A stretch of DNA of 34,744 bases, taken from Fidelibacterota bacterium. Lineage in GTDB: Bacteria > Fidelibacterota > Marinisomatia > Marinisomatales > TCS56. The notes beneath the pieces were generated by a model that saw only the letters and a list, made by a program, of their open reading frames with translations, ran no database searches and was not told where the DNA came from. The stretch spans positions 1 through 34,744 of the forward strand of contig JBDRBK010000206.1 of the NCBI GenBank assembly GCA_043822705.1, written 5' to 3'. Of the stretch, positions 1 through 9,515 are shown one piece after another. How positions within the stretch are numbered: position 1 is the first letter of the stretch; every line of letters starts with the position of its first letter. The position numbers and the translations under genes were made by a program.

Positions 1-785
1 TCAATTCACGTTATCTGGACCAGAAACTGCGGGGACTGGATGTATCGGCGGAATTGGAATTGAAAATCCGTGAGCGGGTGCGGGACGTGCTGCAGCGTGG
101 CAGCGTCAGCGTCACCATATCGCGGGAGAGTGAAAACGGTATCCAGTCACTGCCGAATTTCAATCGCGAGCGTTTTGAAGCGATCGAAAAAATCCTGTTG
201 GTGATCCAGCGCGACTACGGCCGTCATATCGATCTCAGCGATATCATCACCACCGGCGACTTGTTTCTTGATGGTGATCCGGCGGAAATCGATGAGAATC
301 AGATTTTAAAGGCGTTGAATTCGGCCTTGTCGCAGGTCCAGGCCATGCGTCTGCGGGAAGGATTATCGTTGCAGAAGGATCTGACTGAAAGACGCCGGAC
401 GCTGGACGGCTGGCTGACGGCCATTGAACAGGCTGTCAGCGGCATTGCGGCTGATCGCAAGAATCTGCTGATGGCCCGCCTCAAAGAACTGGTCGGTGAC
501 CTGGACCTGGATGATAACCGGATTTACCAGGAAGTGGCGATTCTGGCCGATAAATATGACATCTCTGAAGAGATAACGCGCAGTCGCAGCCATTTTGAAC
601 AGTTTGACGAACTGATGCAAATCGAAGAACCGGCGGGTAAAAGGTTGAATTTCCTGCTACAGGAAATCGGTCGGGAAATCAATACGATCGGGTCGAAATC
701 CAACTCGTCCGAGGTAGTGAAATTCGTCGTCAATATGAAAGATCAATTGGAAAAGATGCGCGAGCAGATCCAGAACATTTTATGA
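1..785 (+). CDS. yicC: YicC/YloC family endoribonuclease (5' truncated by window)
   Basis: Frame is open from position 3 (NSRYLDQKLRG...), so the gene starts before the window. The C-terminus GKRLNFLLQEIGREINTIGSK...EKMREQIQNI is the YicC/DUF1732 signature. Lies directly before gmk. Confidence 0.92.
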   Translation, partial: NSRYLDQKLRGLDVSAELELKIRERVRDVLQRGSVSVTISRESENGIQSLPNFNRERFEAIEKILLVIQRDYGRHIDLSDIITTGDLFLDGDPAEIDENQILKALNSALSQVQAMRLREGLSLQKDLTERRRTLDGWLTAIEQAVSGIAADRKNLLMARLKELVGDLDLDDNRIYQEVAILADKYDISEEITRSRSHFEQFDELMQIEEPAGKRLNFLLQEIGREINTIGSKSNSSEVVKFVVNMKDQLEKMREQIQNIL

Positions 786-1330
786 AGAATTTCATCGTAG
801 TATCAGCTCCGTCGGGAGCTGGAAAAACCACTCTGTGCCGGGAGTTGCAGCGTCGCCAGCCGGAATTGCTGTTCAGTCTGTCCTGTACCACCCGTCCCCG
901 GCGGTCGATCGAGACTGACGGAGTGGATTACAGCTTTATTTCCGAGGAAAAATTCAATGCCATGGTCGCCGCCGATGAATTCGCCGAGCATGAGGAAGTC
1001 CATGGCTACCAGTACGGAACACCGAAGAAAATTCTGGATGAAACGATCGCCGGTAATCAGCGTATGCTGTTTGAGGTCGATGTGAAGGGAGCAATGTCAA
1101 TTAAAAGACTGTATCCCGAGCGGACGATATCGATTTTCATTCTACCCCCGGACGTCGAGACGTTGCGGGAACGGCTGCTGCTGCGTGGCACCGATTCGCC
1201 AGAGCGGATTCAGAAACGCCTGGAGCGGATGGCAATAGAAATCGGATATCAGGACAAATTCGAGTACACGGTGGTCAATGACGATATCGATCGTGCCACC
1301 GCGGAATTGATTAAAATAATTTCACAGTAG
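782..1330 (+). CDS. gmk: Guanylate kinase
   Basis: P-loop SAPSGAGKTT, SCTTRPRR..E.DGVDY, YGT motif; ATGA overlap with yicC. Confidence 0.97.
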   Translation: MKNFIVVSAPSGAGKTTLCRELQRRQPELLFSLSCTTRPRRSIETDGVDYSFISEEKFNAMVAADEFAEHEEVHGYQYGTPKKILDETIAGNQRMLFEVDVKGAMSIKRLYPERTISIFILPPDVETLRERLLLRGTDSPERIQKRLERMAIEIGYQDKFEYTVVNDDIDRATAELIKIISQ

Positions 1331-1345
1331 CAAGCAGGAGAAAAT

Positions 1346-1639
1346 ATGGCAGTTGAACCAATTTCAATCCGTCAGATGGAAAAACAGACCGCCGATGTTT
1401 ACGAAGCGGTCGTAGTGATGTCCCAGCGCGCCAAGCAGGTCGCTCAGAACCGGGTTGCGGAAAAAGCCCTGTATGAAATGGAGGAGCTGGTCAGCAACGA
1501 CATGGACATAATGATGGACGATGATGAGATTTCCAGGAATTACGAAGAAAAGGAAAAAGCCACCACCGTAGCCATCAACGAATTCATGACCGGTAAATTG
1601 ACCTGGCGCAAAATCGAAGAGGAAACCCTGTTCTTTTAA
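1346..1639 (+). CDS. rpoZ: RNA polymerase omega subunit
   Basis: YEAVVVMSQRAKQ and ATTVAINEFMTGKL motifs; directly after gmk; AGGAG RBS at 1336-1340. Confidence 0.85.
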   Translation: MAVEPISIRQMEKQTADVYEAVVVMSQRAKQVAQNRVAEKALYEMEELVSNDMDIMMDDDEISRNYEEKEKATTVAINEFMTGKLTWRKIEEETLFF

Positions 1640-1644
1640 TTCCA

Positions 1645-2337
1645 ATGGACAAGGTCGCCGACGAAAATCTGATCCGCTACCTAGCCCAGAGCCGTCAGTT
1701 GTATGGTGATGAACTGTACCGGCAGCGGGTGCCTGGCGTAGCTGAGCCACCGGCACCGATGACGGTGAAAAACGTCGCTACACTGGATGCTTATCAGGCC
1801 GCGATCAGTGATTGCCAAGCCTGTGTGCTGGGCGCAAAAAGGACGAATTTTGTGTTCGGTGTCGGTGACCCGGAGGCCGATCTGGTCTGTGTTGGCGAAG
1901 CCCCCGGCGCGGATGAAGACGCCCAGGGGCTGCCGTTCGTGGGCCGTGCCGGAAAACTGCTGGATAAAATTCTGGCGGCCATTCAACTCAGCCGCGAAAA
2001 AAATGTTTACATTTGCAACGTGCTGAAATGCCGTCCACCCAACAATCGTGATCCGCTGGAATCGGAAGTGGATTTATGTGAACCGTATTTGATCCGTCAG
2101 TTGGAATTGATCCGGCCCAGGCTGATCGTAGCCTTGGGACGGGTGGCGGCCAAGACGCTCCTGAAACTGGATGCCAGTGTCGCCCTGAAGGACCTGCGCA
2201 ACAAGCTGCACGATTACCACGGAACGCCCCTGGTGGTCACCTATCACCCGGCGGCCCTCCTGCGCAGCGAGAAATTCAAGCGGCCGACCTGGGAAGATTT
2301 CAAGTGGATCAGACAAATCCTGGAGGCGGAAGATTAA
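1645..2337 (+). CDS. udg: Uracil-DNA glycosylase family 4 (4Fe-4S type)
   Basis: CxxC (CQAC), [22 protein letters not shown] and TYHPAALLR motifs. Confidence 0.93.
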   Translation: MDKVADENLIRYLAQSRQLYGDELYRQRVPGVAEPPAPMTVKNVATLDAYQAAISDCQACVLGAKRTNFVFGVGDPEADLVCVGEAPGADEDAQGLPFVGRAGKLLDKILAAIQLSREKNVYICNVLKCRPPNNRDPLESEVDLCEPYLIRQLELIRPRLIVALGRVAAKTLLKLDASVALKDLRNKLHDYHGTPLVVTYHPAALLRSEKFKRPTWEDFKWIRQILEAED

Positions 2338-3707
2338 TGGCCAAGAAACCGGAATCCGACCTGCATCTGAACGTGCAGCCCCAATCACTGGAGGCCGAGC
2401 AGGCTGTTCTGGGATCAATGCTGACCAGCAGGGAAGCAGTCAGCAAGGTCCTGCAATGGCTGGATGAGGACCATTTCTACAAAGGCAGCCACGTTCATAT
2501 TTTCCGCTGCATGCAAAAATTGTTCGATGAAGGAGAACCCATCGACACCGTTTCGGTTGTGGAGCGCCTGAAAAAGGACAAGCAACTGGAAGCGGTGGGC
2601 GGGGCCTATTATATTACCGGCCTAGTGGAGAGCGTGCCGACTGTGGCCAACGTCGAGCGCTATACCAAAATCGTATTGGAAAAGGCGCTGTTGCGCCGGC
2701 TGATCCTGATCTCCCACGATATGGCCAAAGAAGCATATGACGACAGCCGCGATGTGGATGAGATTCTGGATCGGGCCGAACAGCAGATTTTTCAGATTTC
2801 CCAGAAACGGTTGAAAGGCGGATTCCAGCAGATCGAACCGATCCTGCACGAAACATTCGAACGCCTCGATAAAATTCATGCCATGCCCGGTTCCGTCACC
2901 GGCGTCGCCTCGGGACTGATCGACCTGGATGAAATCACCTCCGGTTTTCAGCCCGGCGAATTAATCATCATCGCCGGCCGTCCCGGTATGGGCAAGACTT
3001 CGCTGGCTCTGACGATGGCCCGCAATGCCGCCGTCGATTACAAGACGCCGGTGGGTATTTTCAGCCTGGAAATGGCCAACCACCAACTGGCCCTGCGACT
3101 GCTGACGGCCGAGGCCAAAGTCGACAGTCATCTGGTGCGGACCGGGAAACTGCCGAAATCACAATGGCAGAATCTGGGCATCGCCGTCGGTAATCTGGCG
3201 GAAGCACCGATCATGCTGGACGATACGCCCGGCATCGGCGTGCTGGAACTGCGCGCCAAGGCCCGGCGCCTGCAGGCGGAAAAAAAGGTCGGCATGATCA
3301 TGGTGGATTATCTGCAGTTGATGCAGGGTCCCAAAGGGATAGAAAGCCGGCAGCAGGAAATATCGATCATATCGCGTTCGTTGAAGGCGTTGGCCAAGGA
3401 ACTGGATGTACCGGTAGTCGCCCTGTCCCAGTTGTCACGGGCCGTCGAAAGCCGCAGCGATCACCGGCCGCAATTGTCCGATCTGCGGGAAAGCGGCGCC
3501 ATCGAGCAGGACGCCGATCTGGTGATATTTTTGTTTCGTCCCTATATTTACTCCCAGGATGAGGAAGATCGCGGCACGGCTCAGATCATTGTCGCCAAAC
3601 AGCGTAACGGACCAACCGGTACTGTCAATGTGACCTTTATCGACCGTTATGCCCGTTTCGAAAATCAGACCGCTTTCGCCGATATGGGGGCCGAAGTACC
3701 ATTCTAA
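2337..3707 (+). CDS. dnaB: Replicative DNA helicase
   Basis: PQSLEAEQAVLG, Walker A AGRPGMGKT, DYLQLM, LSDLRESGAIEQDAD, KQRNGPTG. Start moved to ATG 2337 (TAATG overlap with udg stop). No intein-sized insert. Confidence 0.97.
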   Translation: MAKKPESDLHLNVQPQSLEAEQAVLGSMLTSREAVSKVLQWLDEDHFYKGSHVHIFRCMQKLFDEGEPIDTVSVVERLKKDKQLEAVGGAYYITGLVESVPTVANVERYTKIVLEKALLRRLILISHDMAKEAYDDSRDVDEILDRAEQQIFQISQKRLKGGFQQIEPILHETFERLDKIHAMPGSVTGVASGLIDLDEITSGFQPGELIIIAGRPGMGKTSLALTMARNAAVDYKTPVGIFSLEMANHQLALRLLTAEAKVDSHLVRTGKLPKSQWQNLGIAVGNLAEAPIMLDDTPGIGVLELRAKARRLQAEKKVGMIMVDYLQLMQGPKGIESRQQEISIISRSLKALAKELDVPVVALSQLSRAVESRSDHRPQLSDLRESGAIEQDADLVIFLFRPYIYSQDEEDRGTAQIIVAKQRNGPTGTVNVTFIDRYARFENQTAFADMGAEVPF

Positions 3708-5911
3708 TGCAGAACCCGTTGGCCCGTTTCGCTCCGCAATTAGTCGGTGAATATCCAAAATTATTTCTGGATCTTTACCACCAGATCAATGTTCCCGACA
3801 AGAACAAGGCGGCCGAAATCAAGGAACTGTTGTGGCAGGCTTATTCCTTCAGCCGTCACTATCACGAGGACCAGAAACGGAAATCGGGCCGGCCGTATTT
3901 CGAACATTGTCTGGCGGTCGCCAATATCCTGGCGTCGTGGAACATGGACCACATTACCGTCATCGGCGGCTTGTTGCACGATACCGTCGAGGATACGGAA
4001 GCGACGCTGATCCAGATTGAAGAAAAATTCGGCGAAGATATCACCAAGCTGGTGGACGGTGTCACCAAACTGGGCGACATCAAGTTCTCGAGCCGGAAGG
4101 CCAAGCAGACCGGCAATATCATGAAGATGCTGCTGTCGGTGGCCCGGGATATCCGGGTTATCATCATTAAATTCGCCGACCGGCTGCACAATATGCAGAC
4201 GATCCGCTACCTGTCGCCGGTCAAGCAGCGCAGGATTGCAATCGAAACCCGTGATGTCTACGCCCCGCTGGCCCATCGACTGGGGATGGCTGCGGTGAAA
4301 TGGCAGTTGGATGACCTGGTTTTCTTGACCCTGAATCCTGCCGTGTACAAGGAGATCGACGACAAACTGAAGTCGACCTACAAGGAACGCACCCGCTATT
4401 TGAAGGAATTCTCGCGGCCGATCAAGGACGAACTGGCCAAGCATGGAATCGACGCCAATATTTACGGCCGGCCCAAGTCGCATGCATCGATCTACAAGAA
4501 GATGATCAACCGCGGCAAGGAATTCGAGGAGATTTTTGACATTATCGCCATCCGGATCGTCGTCGAGACTACCGATCAGTGCTACCTGGCTATGGGTATC
4601 GTGCATCAGATGTTCCGGCCGATTCCCGAACGGTTCAAGGATTTTGTGGCCAGTCCCAAAATGAACGCTTACCAGTCGATTCACACCACCGTGGTAGGAC
4701 CGCGCGGTCGCAAGGTGGAAATCCAGATCCGCACCCAGCAGATGGAACAGACCGCCGAGATCGGTGTAGCCGCCCACTGGCGCTATAAAGAAGGCGGCAG
4801 TTATAAGGCTGAGATCGATTCCCACATGAAGTGGCTGCGCGAATTGGTGGAAATCCTCCAGGGCGAGTCGGCCGATCCGCTGGAATTCATGCACCTCCTG
4901 AAAATCGACCTGTTCAATGACGTAATCTTTGTATTGACTCCCGCCGGCGACCTGATCCAACTGCCGGCCGGCGCCACCCCGATCGACTTTGCCTTTCAGG
5001 TCCACACCGAGGTCGGTCTGCACTGCATCGGCGCCAAGGTTAATAAGAAAATCGCCCCCCTGAACACCGTTCTCAATAATGGTGACACGGTCGAGATAAT
5101 CACCAGCCAGAACCAGACTCCCCACTACGGCTGGCTGCGTTTTGCTGTGACCAGCAAGGCCCGCAACCATATTACGCGGTACCTGCGGAAACTCCGGTTT
5201 GCCGAATCATTGAAACTGGGGAATGAAATCATCGAGAAAACGCTGCGGCGTTTGAAAAGGATGAATCTGAGTAAGGAAATCCTGGATGCTCATGCCAGTC
5301 TCGGCTATAAAAACCGGGATAATCTGATCGCGGCGATCGGCGATGGCACGGTGACAATCCGCGATATCCTGAAGAAAATCCTGCCGGCGGAAGATACCGG
5401 CGTTCCCGAAGAACGGGAACTGGTCGATCATAGTGATAATTTCCTGACCCTGGCGCGGGGATCGGCCAAGGGCGTGAAATTACAGGGAATATCCAATATC
5501 ATGGTTTCCTTCGGGAAATGCTGTAACCCGATTCCCGGCGATGATCTGGTCGGATTCGTCACGCGCGGCCGAGGCATCACCCTGCATCGCGCCGACTGCG
5601 AAAGCCTACCGCTGCTGGACGAGGATTCCGATCGCATCATTCCGGTAGAATGGGATGTGGCGAAAAATGAGACATTCAGTGTCAGATTGAAGATCGTCAG
5701 CCAGGACAAACCTGGCGTACTGAAGGAAATTTCCGAAGCCATTTCAGCCGAGGAAGTGAATATTTCCAGCGTGGACCTGACTACGAAGGACAGTATTGTT
5801 ACGGCTTATTTCGTAGTGCAGGTCCGGGATATCAAACAGCTGGAGCGAATTAGGAAAAAAATTACCAAAATATCTGGAATAGATTACATAGAAAGGACAG
5901 TACGAGATTGA
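3707..5911 (+). CDS. rel: Bifunctional (p)ppGpp synthetase/hydrolase (long RSH, Rel/SpoT)
   Basis: Intact HD motif (LLHDTVEDT), synthetase RFKD and EIQIRT, TGS (TPIDFAF..HTEVG), CC domain (KCCNPIPGD), ACT domain (DKPGVL). Confidence 0.96.
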   Translation: MQNPLARFAPQLVGEYPKLFLDLYHQINVPDKNKAAEIKELLWQAYSFSRHYHEDQKRKSGRPYFEHCLAVANILASWNMDHITVIGGLLHDTVEDTEATLIQIEEKFGEDITKLVDGVTKLGDIKFSSRKAKQTGNIMKMLLSVARDIRVIIIKFADRLHNMQTIRYLSPVKQRRIAIETRDVYAPLAHRLGMAAVKWQLDDLVFLTLNPAVYKEIDDKLKSTYKERTRYLKEFSRPIKDELAKHGIDANIYGRPKSHASIYKKMINRGKEFEEIFDIIAIRIVVETTDQCYLAMGIVHQMFRPIPERFKDFVASPKMNAYQSIHTTVVGPRGRKVEIQIRTQQMEQTAEIGVAAHWRYKEGGSYKAEIDSHMKWLRELVEILQGESADPLEFMHLLKIDLFNDVIFVLTPAGDLIQLPAGATPIDFAFQVHTEVGLHCIGAKVNKKIAPLNTVLNNGDTVEIITSQNQTPHYGWLRFAVTSKARNHITRYLRKLRFAESLKLGNEIIEKTLRRLKRMNLSKEILDAHASLGYKNRDNLIAAIGDGTVTIRDILKKILPAEDTGVPEERELVDHSDNFLTLARGSAKGVKLQGISNIMVSFGKCCNPIPGDDLVGFVTRGRGITLHRADCESLPLLDEDSDRIIPVEWDVAKNETFSVRLKIVSQDKPGVLKEISEAISAEEVNISSVDLTTKDSIVTAYFVVQVRDIKQLERIRKKITKISGIDYIERTVRD

Positions 5912-6222
5912 AGACAATAACCTACACAAAAAAAGAAATCTCCAAGCGAGTCGCTGAAAGACTGGGCGAAACAGTCGACGGAACTTCGAAGTTCGTTGAT
6001 GAAAGCTTCAAAGTGATGAAGGATATGCTCTGCGAAGATGAAAAACGGATTCGCATCGAGATCCGCAACTTTGGTGTTTTCGAAGTGAAACCGACCAAAG
6101 CCAAGCCGCGGGCCAGGAATCCTCGGACCAACGAAGAAGTATTTGTTCCCGCCCACAAGAAAACCCATTTCAAGCCCGGCAAAATCATAAAGAATCATCT
6201 CAGTCGTCCGATTACGGACTGA
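5908..6222 (+). CDS. HU/IHF family nucleoid DNA-binding protein
   Basis: TKKEI...IEIRNFGVFEV...ARNPRT...FKPGK pattern; TTG start overlapping rel stop (TTGA). Confidence 0.92.
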   Translation: MKTITYTKKEISKRVAERLGETVDGTSKFVDESFKVMKDMLCEDEKRIRIEIRNFGVFEVKPTKAKPRARNPRTNEEVFVPAHKKTHFKPGKIIKNHLSRPITD

Positions 6223-6243
6223 ATTATCGCAAGCGATTCGAAA

Positions 6244-6657
6244 ATGGGTCGCGTTCTGGGGATCGATCATGGTGACACGCGGATCGGATTAGCCTTATCC
6301 GATCCGCTGCACTTGATTGCGTCGCCGTTCCGGACCATTGCCGCCCGCAATAGCACGCACGTGCTGCTGGTTTTGGGCGAGATTATTCGCGATCAGGCCG
6401 TGGACACGATTGTCGTGGGCTTGCCGCTGGGTATGCGCAATCAGGAGACCGACCAGACTCGCCGGACCCGGCAATTTGCCCGGGATATCGACGTGTTTGA
6501 TATTCCGGTCATCCTGGAGGATGAACGTCTCAGCTCGGTCAGCGCCACCAAGGCTCTGGTTCAACAGAATATCAAGACCGGTCACAACAAGGGGCTGGTC
6601 GATCAGACTGCTGCCGCCATCGTTCTGCAGCAATACCTGGATCGCACCGCGCAGTGA
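6244..6657 (+). CDS. ruvX: YqgF/RuvX RNase H-fold nuclease (pre-16S rRNA maturation / putative resolvase)
   Basis: LGIDHGDTRIGLALSD, VVGLP, DERLSS and D..AA..ILQ-like motifs. Confidence 0.95.
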   Translation: MGRVLGIDHGDTRIGLALSDPLHLIASPFRTIAARNSTHVLLVLGEIIRDQAVDTIVVGLPLGMRNQETDQTRRTRQFARDIDVFDIPVILEDERLSSVSATKALVQQNIKTGHNKGLVDQTAAAIVLQQYLDRTAQ

Positions 6658-8171
6658 TGTTCGCTTTCATTCGCCGGGACTGGCAACTGGCGATCTTGTC
6701 AGGCCTGCTGGTAGGATTGGCTTACCCGCCCCTGAAACTGGGATTTCTGGCCTGGTTCGGATTTCTTCCATTGATCCATGTTCTCCTACGGGTCGATCCC
6801 CGGTCGGCGATGAGACTGGGCTATCTGGCCGGTGTATTTGCCAATCTGGTATCACTGTACTGGATCGGTTTTAATTCCGGCGCCGGCTTTATAACGGTCT
6901 TTGCCTCGCTGCTGGGAGCGGTGCTGTACCTGGCAATCTACTGGGGCTTATTCGCCCTGGTGCTGACCTGGCTCCAGCGCAAACTGGGAATCGGTCTGGT
7001 GCTCTGGCCGTTGCTCTGGGTCACGATGGAATATATCCGCAGTTTCGGCGCCATGGGTTTCCCCTGGATCAATCTGGCCACGACCCAGGTGCAGTATTTG
7101 CCATTGATTCAGATGGCGGAAATAACCGGTTCTTATGGCATTTCTTTCTGGGTGATTCTGTTAAATATTGCACTATATATAGCCGCGCTCGAGCGCCGCT
7201 ATCGGTTTCGGCTGCTGGTCCCACTGGGATTGGCGCTGATCATGTCGGCCGGCGCCGGCCAGTTACGCATCAGGTCGCTGGAACAGGCGTTGCCCGAACA
7301 GGTTTTTAGCGCCGCTATCGTACAACCCAACCTGAATCCCAACGACAAATGGGAAAGTTCCAAACGCGAATTTGTTTTCGACCTGATGGATTCCACCCTG
7401 GTCGAAGCGCTGCGTCTGGAACCGCAACTGGTAGTCTGGCCCGAGTCGGCCGTACCGGCTTACCTGCGCTTGAACGGTTTCCGCCGTAAGAAAATCGTCA
7501 GCCGCCTGGCCGCCGCCGGAATACCGCTGCTCACCGGTGCGGTTGATAAAGATATCCTGGATGATGGAACTCAGAAGCTTTACAATGGTTCACTGCTGCT
7601 GAGACCCGACGGTAAAATGGAAACCTATAATAAAATTCATCTGGTTCCGTTTGCTGAATACATTCCACTATCCGGGACTTTCCCGATACTCGAGGAATTG
7701 AATTTCGGTCAGGGTAATTTCGATCAGGGTGATAAACTGACTGTATTTGAGGTCGATTCGGTGCGGTTTTCCAACCTGATCTGTTACGAATCGGCATTCC
7801 CACAACTGGTCCGTCGATTTGTCCAGGCTGGAGCCCAATTCCTGACGATCGAAACCAATGATGCCTGGGTCGGCCATAGTTCGGGGCCGTATCAGCATTT
7901 CGCCCTGGCGGTGCTGCGGGCGGTCGAGAACCGAATCGCCATCGTCCGCTGCGCCAATACCGGCATATCCGGTTTTATTAATCCGTCGGGAGTTGTCACC
8001 GCCAGCATTCCCCTGGATCAGGCCGGTATTATAATAAATAAAATTCCGGTCAGGTTCGAAAACAGTTTTTACACCCGGTATGGGGATGTATTTTCAATCC
8101 TCTGTATTTTTGTTACACTTATTAGCGTAGGTTTGGAATGGAAAAGAAAATTTTCGCGGCAATCTGCCTGA
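6654..8171 (+). CDS. lnt: Apolipoprotein N-acyltransferase
   Basis: Multi-TM N-terminus with GFPW; nitrilase triad VWPES / YNKIHLVPFAE / LICYES; RAVENR...RCANTGIS. Start is GTG 6654 or ATG 6657. Confidence 0.96.
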   Translation: MMFAFIRRDWQLAILSGLLVGLAYPPLKLGFLAWFGFLPLIHVLLRVDPRSAMRLGYLAGVFANLVSLYWIGFNSGAGFITVFASLLGAVLYLAIYWGLFALVLTWLQRKLGIGLVLWPLLWVTMEYIRSFGAMGFPWINLATTQVQYLPLIQMAEITGSYGISFWVILLNIALYIAALERRYRFRLLVPLGLALIMSAGAGQLRIRSLEQALPEQVFSAAIVQPNLNPNDKWESSKREFVFDLMDSTLVEALRLEPQLVVWPESAVPAYLRLNGFRRKKIVSRLAAAGIPLLTGAVDKDILDDGTQKLYNGSLLLRPDGKMETYNKIHLVPFAEYIPLSGTFPILEELNFGQGNFDQGDKLTVFEVDSVRFSNLICYESAFPQLVRRFVQAGAQFLTIETNDAWVGHSSGPYQHFALAVLRAVENRIAIVRCANTGISGFINPSGVVTASIPLDQAGIIINKIPVRFENSFYTRYGDVFSILCIFVTLISVGLEWKRKFSRQSA

Positions 8172-8776
8172 TTGTCATAGCAATCGCTGATTTGCCGGCA
8201 CAAGCGGCTGTGAAACCACCGGGATTAACGCTGTCGCCGGTTGTCAAATCGTTGATCTTACCAGGCATGGGCGAATACAGCCTGCAGAATTCGCAGCGCG
8301 GTCGGTTTTTCATGATGACGGAAATAGCCCTGTTGACGGGCGCTATCGGCCTGCATACCCGGGCTGACTACACAAAAACCACCTACCGTGCTTTCGCGGC
8401 CGACCATGCCGGTGTTAGCGGCGGCGACAAATCGGACGCTTTCTGGATCGATATCGGTAATTATATATCCCGGGAAGAACATAATACCGAGCATTTACGA
8501 TTTCGTGAATTCGATGTTCTGTATCCTAATGACGAGTACTGGAATTGGGAGTGGGATTCGGTATCGCAGCGCGCTAGTTACAGCCGGCAGCGCGTCGCCC
8601 ACGATCGTCTGCGGCTGGCCGCCCAGTTCGCCTTCGGCGGGCTGGCACTGAATCATCTGGTATCGGCTGTCGATGCCCTGTATCTGTCCCGGATTGCCGG
8701 CATAGAAGAAATTTCCTACCAGCCCCGGATCGATGGCAATGGCGCGCTGATTCATTCGCTGGTGCTGTATTTCTGA
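8138..8776 (+). CDS. Hypothetical exported/membrane protein (SLxxPGxG motif, DUF5683-like)
   Basis: Signal-peptide-like N-terminus (MEKKIFAAICLIVIAIA), KSLILPGMGE motif, hydrophobic segments, C-terminal Phe; fills the gap between lnt and ecfT. Family assignment is tentative. Confidence 0.7.
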   Translation: MEKKIFAAICLIVIAIADLPAQAAVKPPGLTLSPVVKSLILPGMGEYSLQNSQRGRFFMMTEIALLTGAIGLHTRADYTKTTYRAFAADHAGVSGGDKSDAFWIDIGNYISREEHNTEHLRFREFDVLYPNDEYWNWEWDSVSQRASYSRQRVAHDRLRLAAQFAFGGLALNHLVSAVDALYLSRIAGIEEISYQPRIDGNGALIHSLVLYF

Positions 8777-8789
8777 TCGCCAGAACGAT

Positions 8790-9515
8790 ATGAAAATTAA
8801 CTGCCTGGTCCGGTTGTGGTTTTATCTGGCGCTGGCCATCTCGATTCTGCTGGTCACGGCGATTGAAATCTGGGCGTTTTTCTTTTTAATCTGGATATTT
8901 CTGGTCCTGTGGTCACGAAATTCCTTATCGCGGACAATGTATTCCCTGCGCCCGTATCTGATTTTTTTACCGGTCATGGTGATATTGTACGTCGGTTTCT
9001 CACTATTGATGACGTCCGAAGGCCTCGGGACGATCCTGTACCAGGGCGGTTTCGCATTTATTAAACTACTGTTGATGATCGCCGTCATGAGTCTGTATTT
9101 CGCCACGGCCGAATCGGGTCAAATCCTGGACGCCCTGCGCAGCATCTGGATCGGCACCGGCCTCAAATGGCGCCGTATCGATGATTTTTTCATTTACCTG
9201 GAACTGACCCTGCGGTTTTTTCCGACCTTCCAACGTGACTGGGAACAGTTGCTGGAATCACGGCAGGCGCTGGGACTGGCACCGACGGGGCGCCGCTGGG
9301 ATGCGGTGCGCCAATCCGCCGCCGACCTGCCCAATCTGTTGTTTCAGAGTCTGCGTCGGGCCGATGAAACCGCCCTCAGCATCCAAATGCGCGGCTATGG
9401 AACGGTAACACCGCGCGGGCTGGCGAATCCGGTACCATTCCGGCTTCGGGATGGGGTACTGTTTCTGGCAGTCACTGGCCTGTTTGTCTGGGGAAATTTC
9501 GGTGCAGCGCTATAA
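8790..9515 (+). CDS. ecfT: ECF transporter transmembrane component T (EcfT/CbiQ family)
   Basis: About five TM segments, then LTLRFFPTF...SRQALG and LRRADETALSIQMRGY, which match the EcfT coupling helices; upstream of truA. Confidence 0.8.
   Translation: MKINCLVRLWFYLALAISILLVTAIEIWAFFFLIWIFLVLWSRNSLSRTMYSLRPYLIFLPVMVILYVGFSLLMTSEGLGTILYQGGFAFIKLLLMIAVMSLYFATAESGQILDALRSIWIGTGLKWRRIDDFFIYLELTLRFFPTFQRDWEQLLESRQALGLAPTGRRWDAVRQSAADLPNLLFQSLRRADETALSIQMRGYGTVTPRGLANPVPFRLRDGVLFLAVTGLFVWGNFGAAL

Noticed and set aside
2337..3707. Possible intein in DnaB
   Set aside because: Normal length (about 456 aa) with contiguous helicase motifs.
3761..5170. 469-aa antisense ORF opposite rel
   Set aside because: Lies wholly within a conserved gene and has no recognisable motifs. 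Long antisense frames are an expected by-product of codon bias in GC-rich genes.
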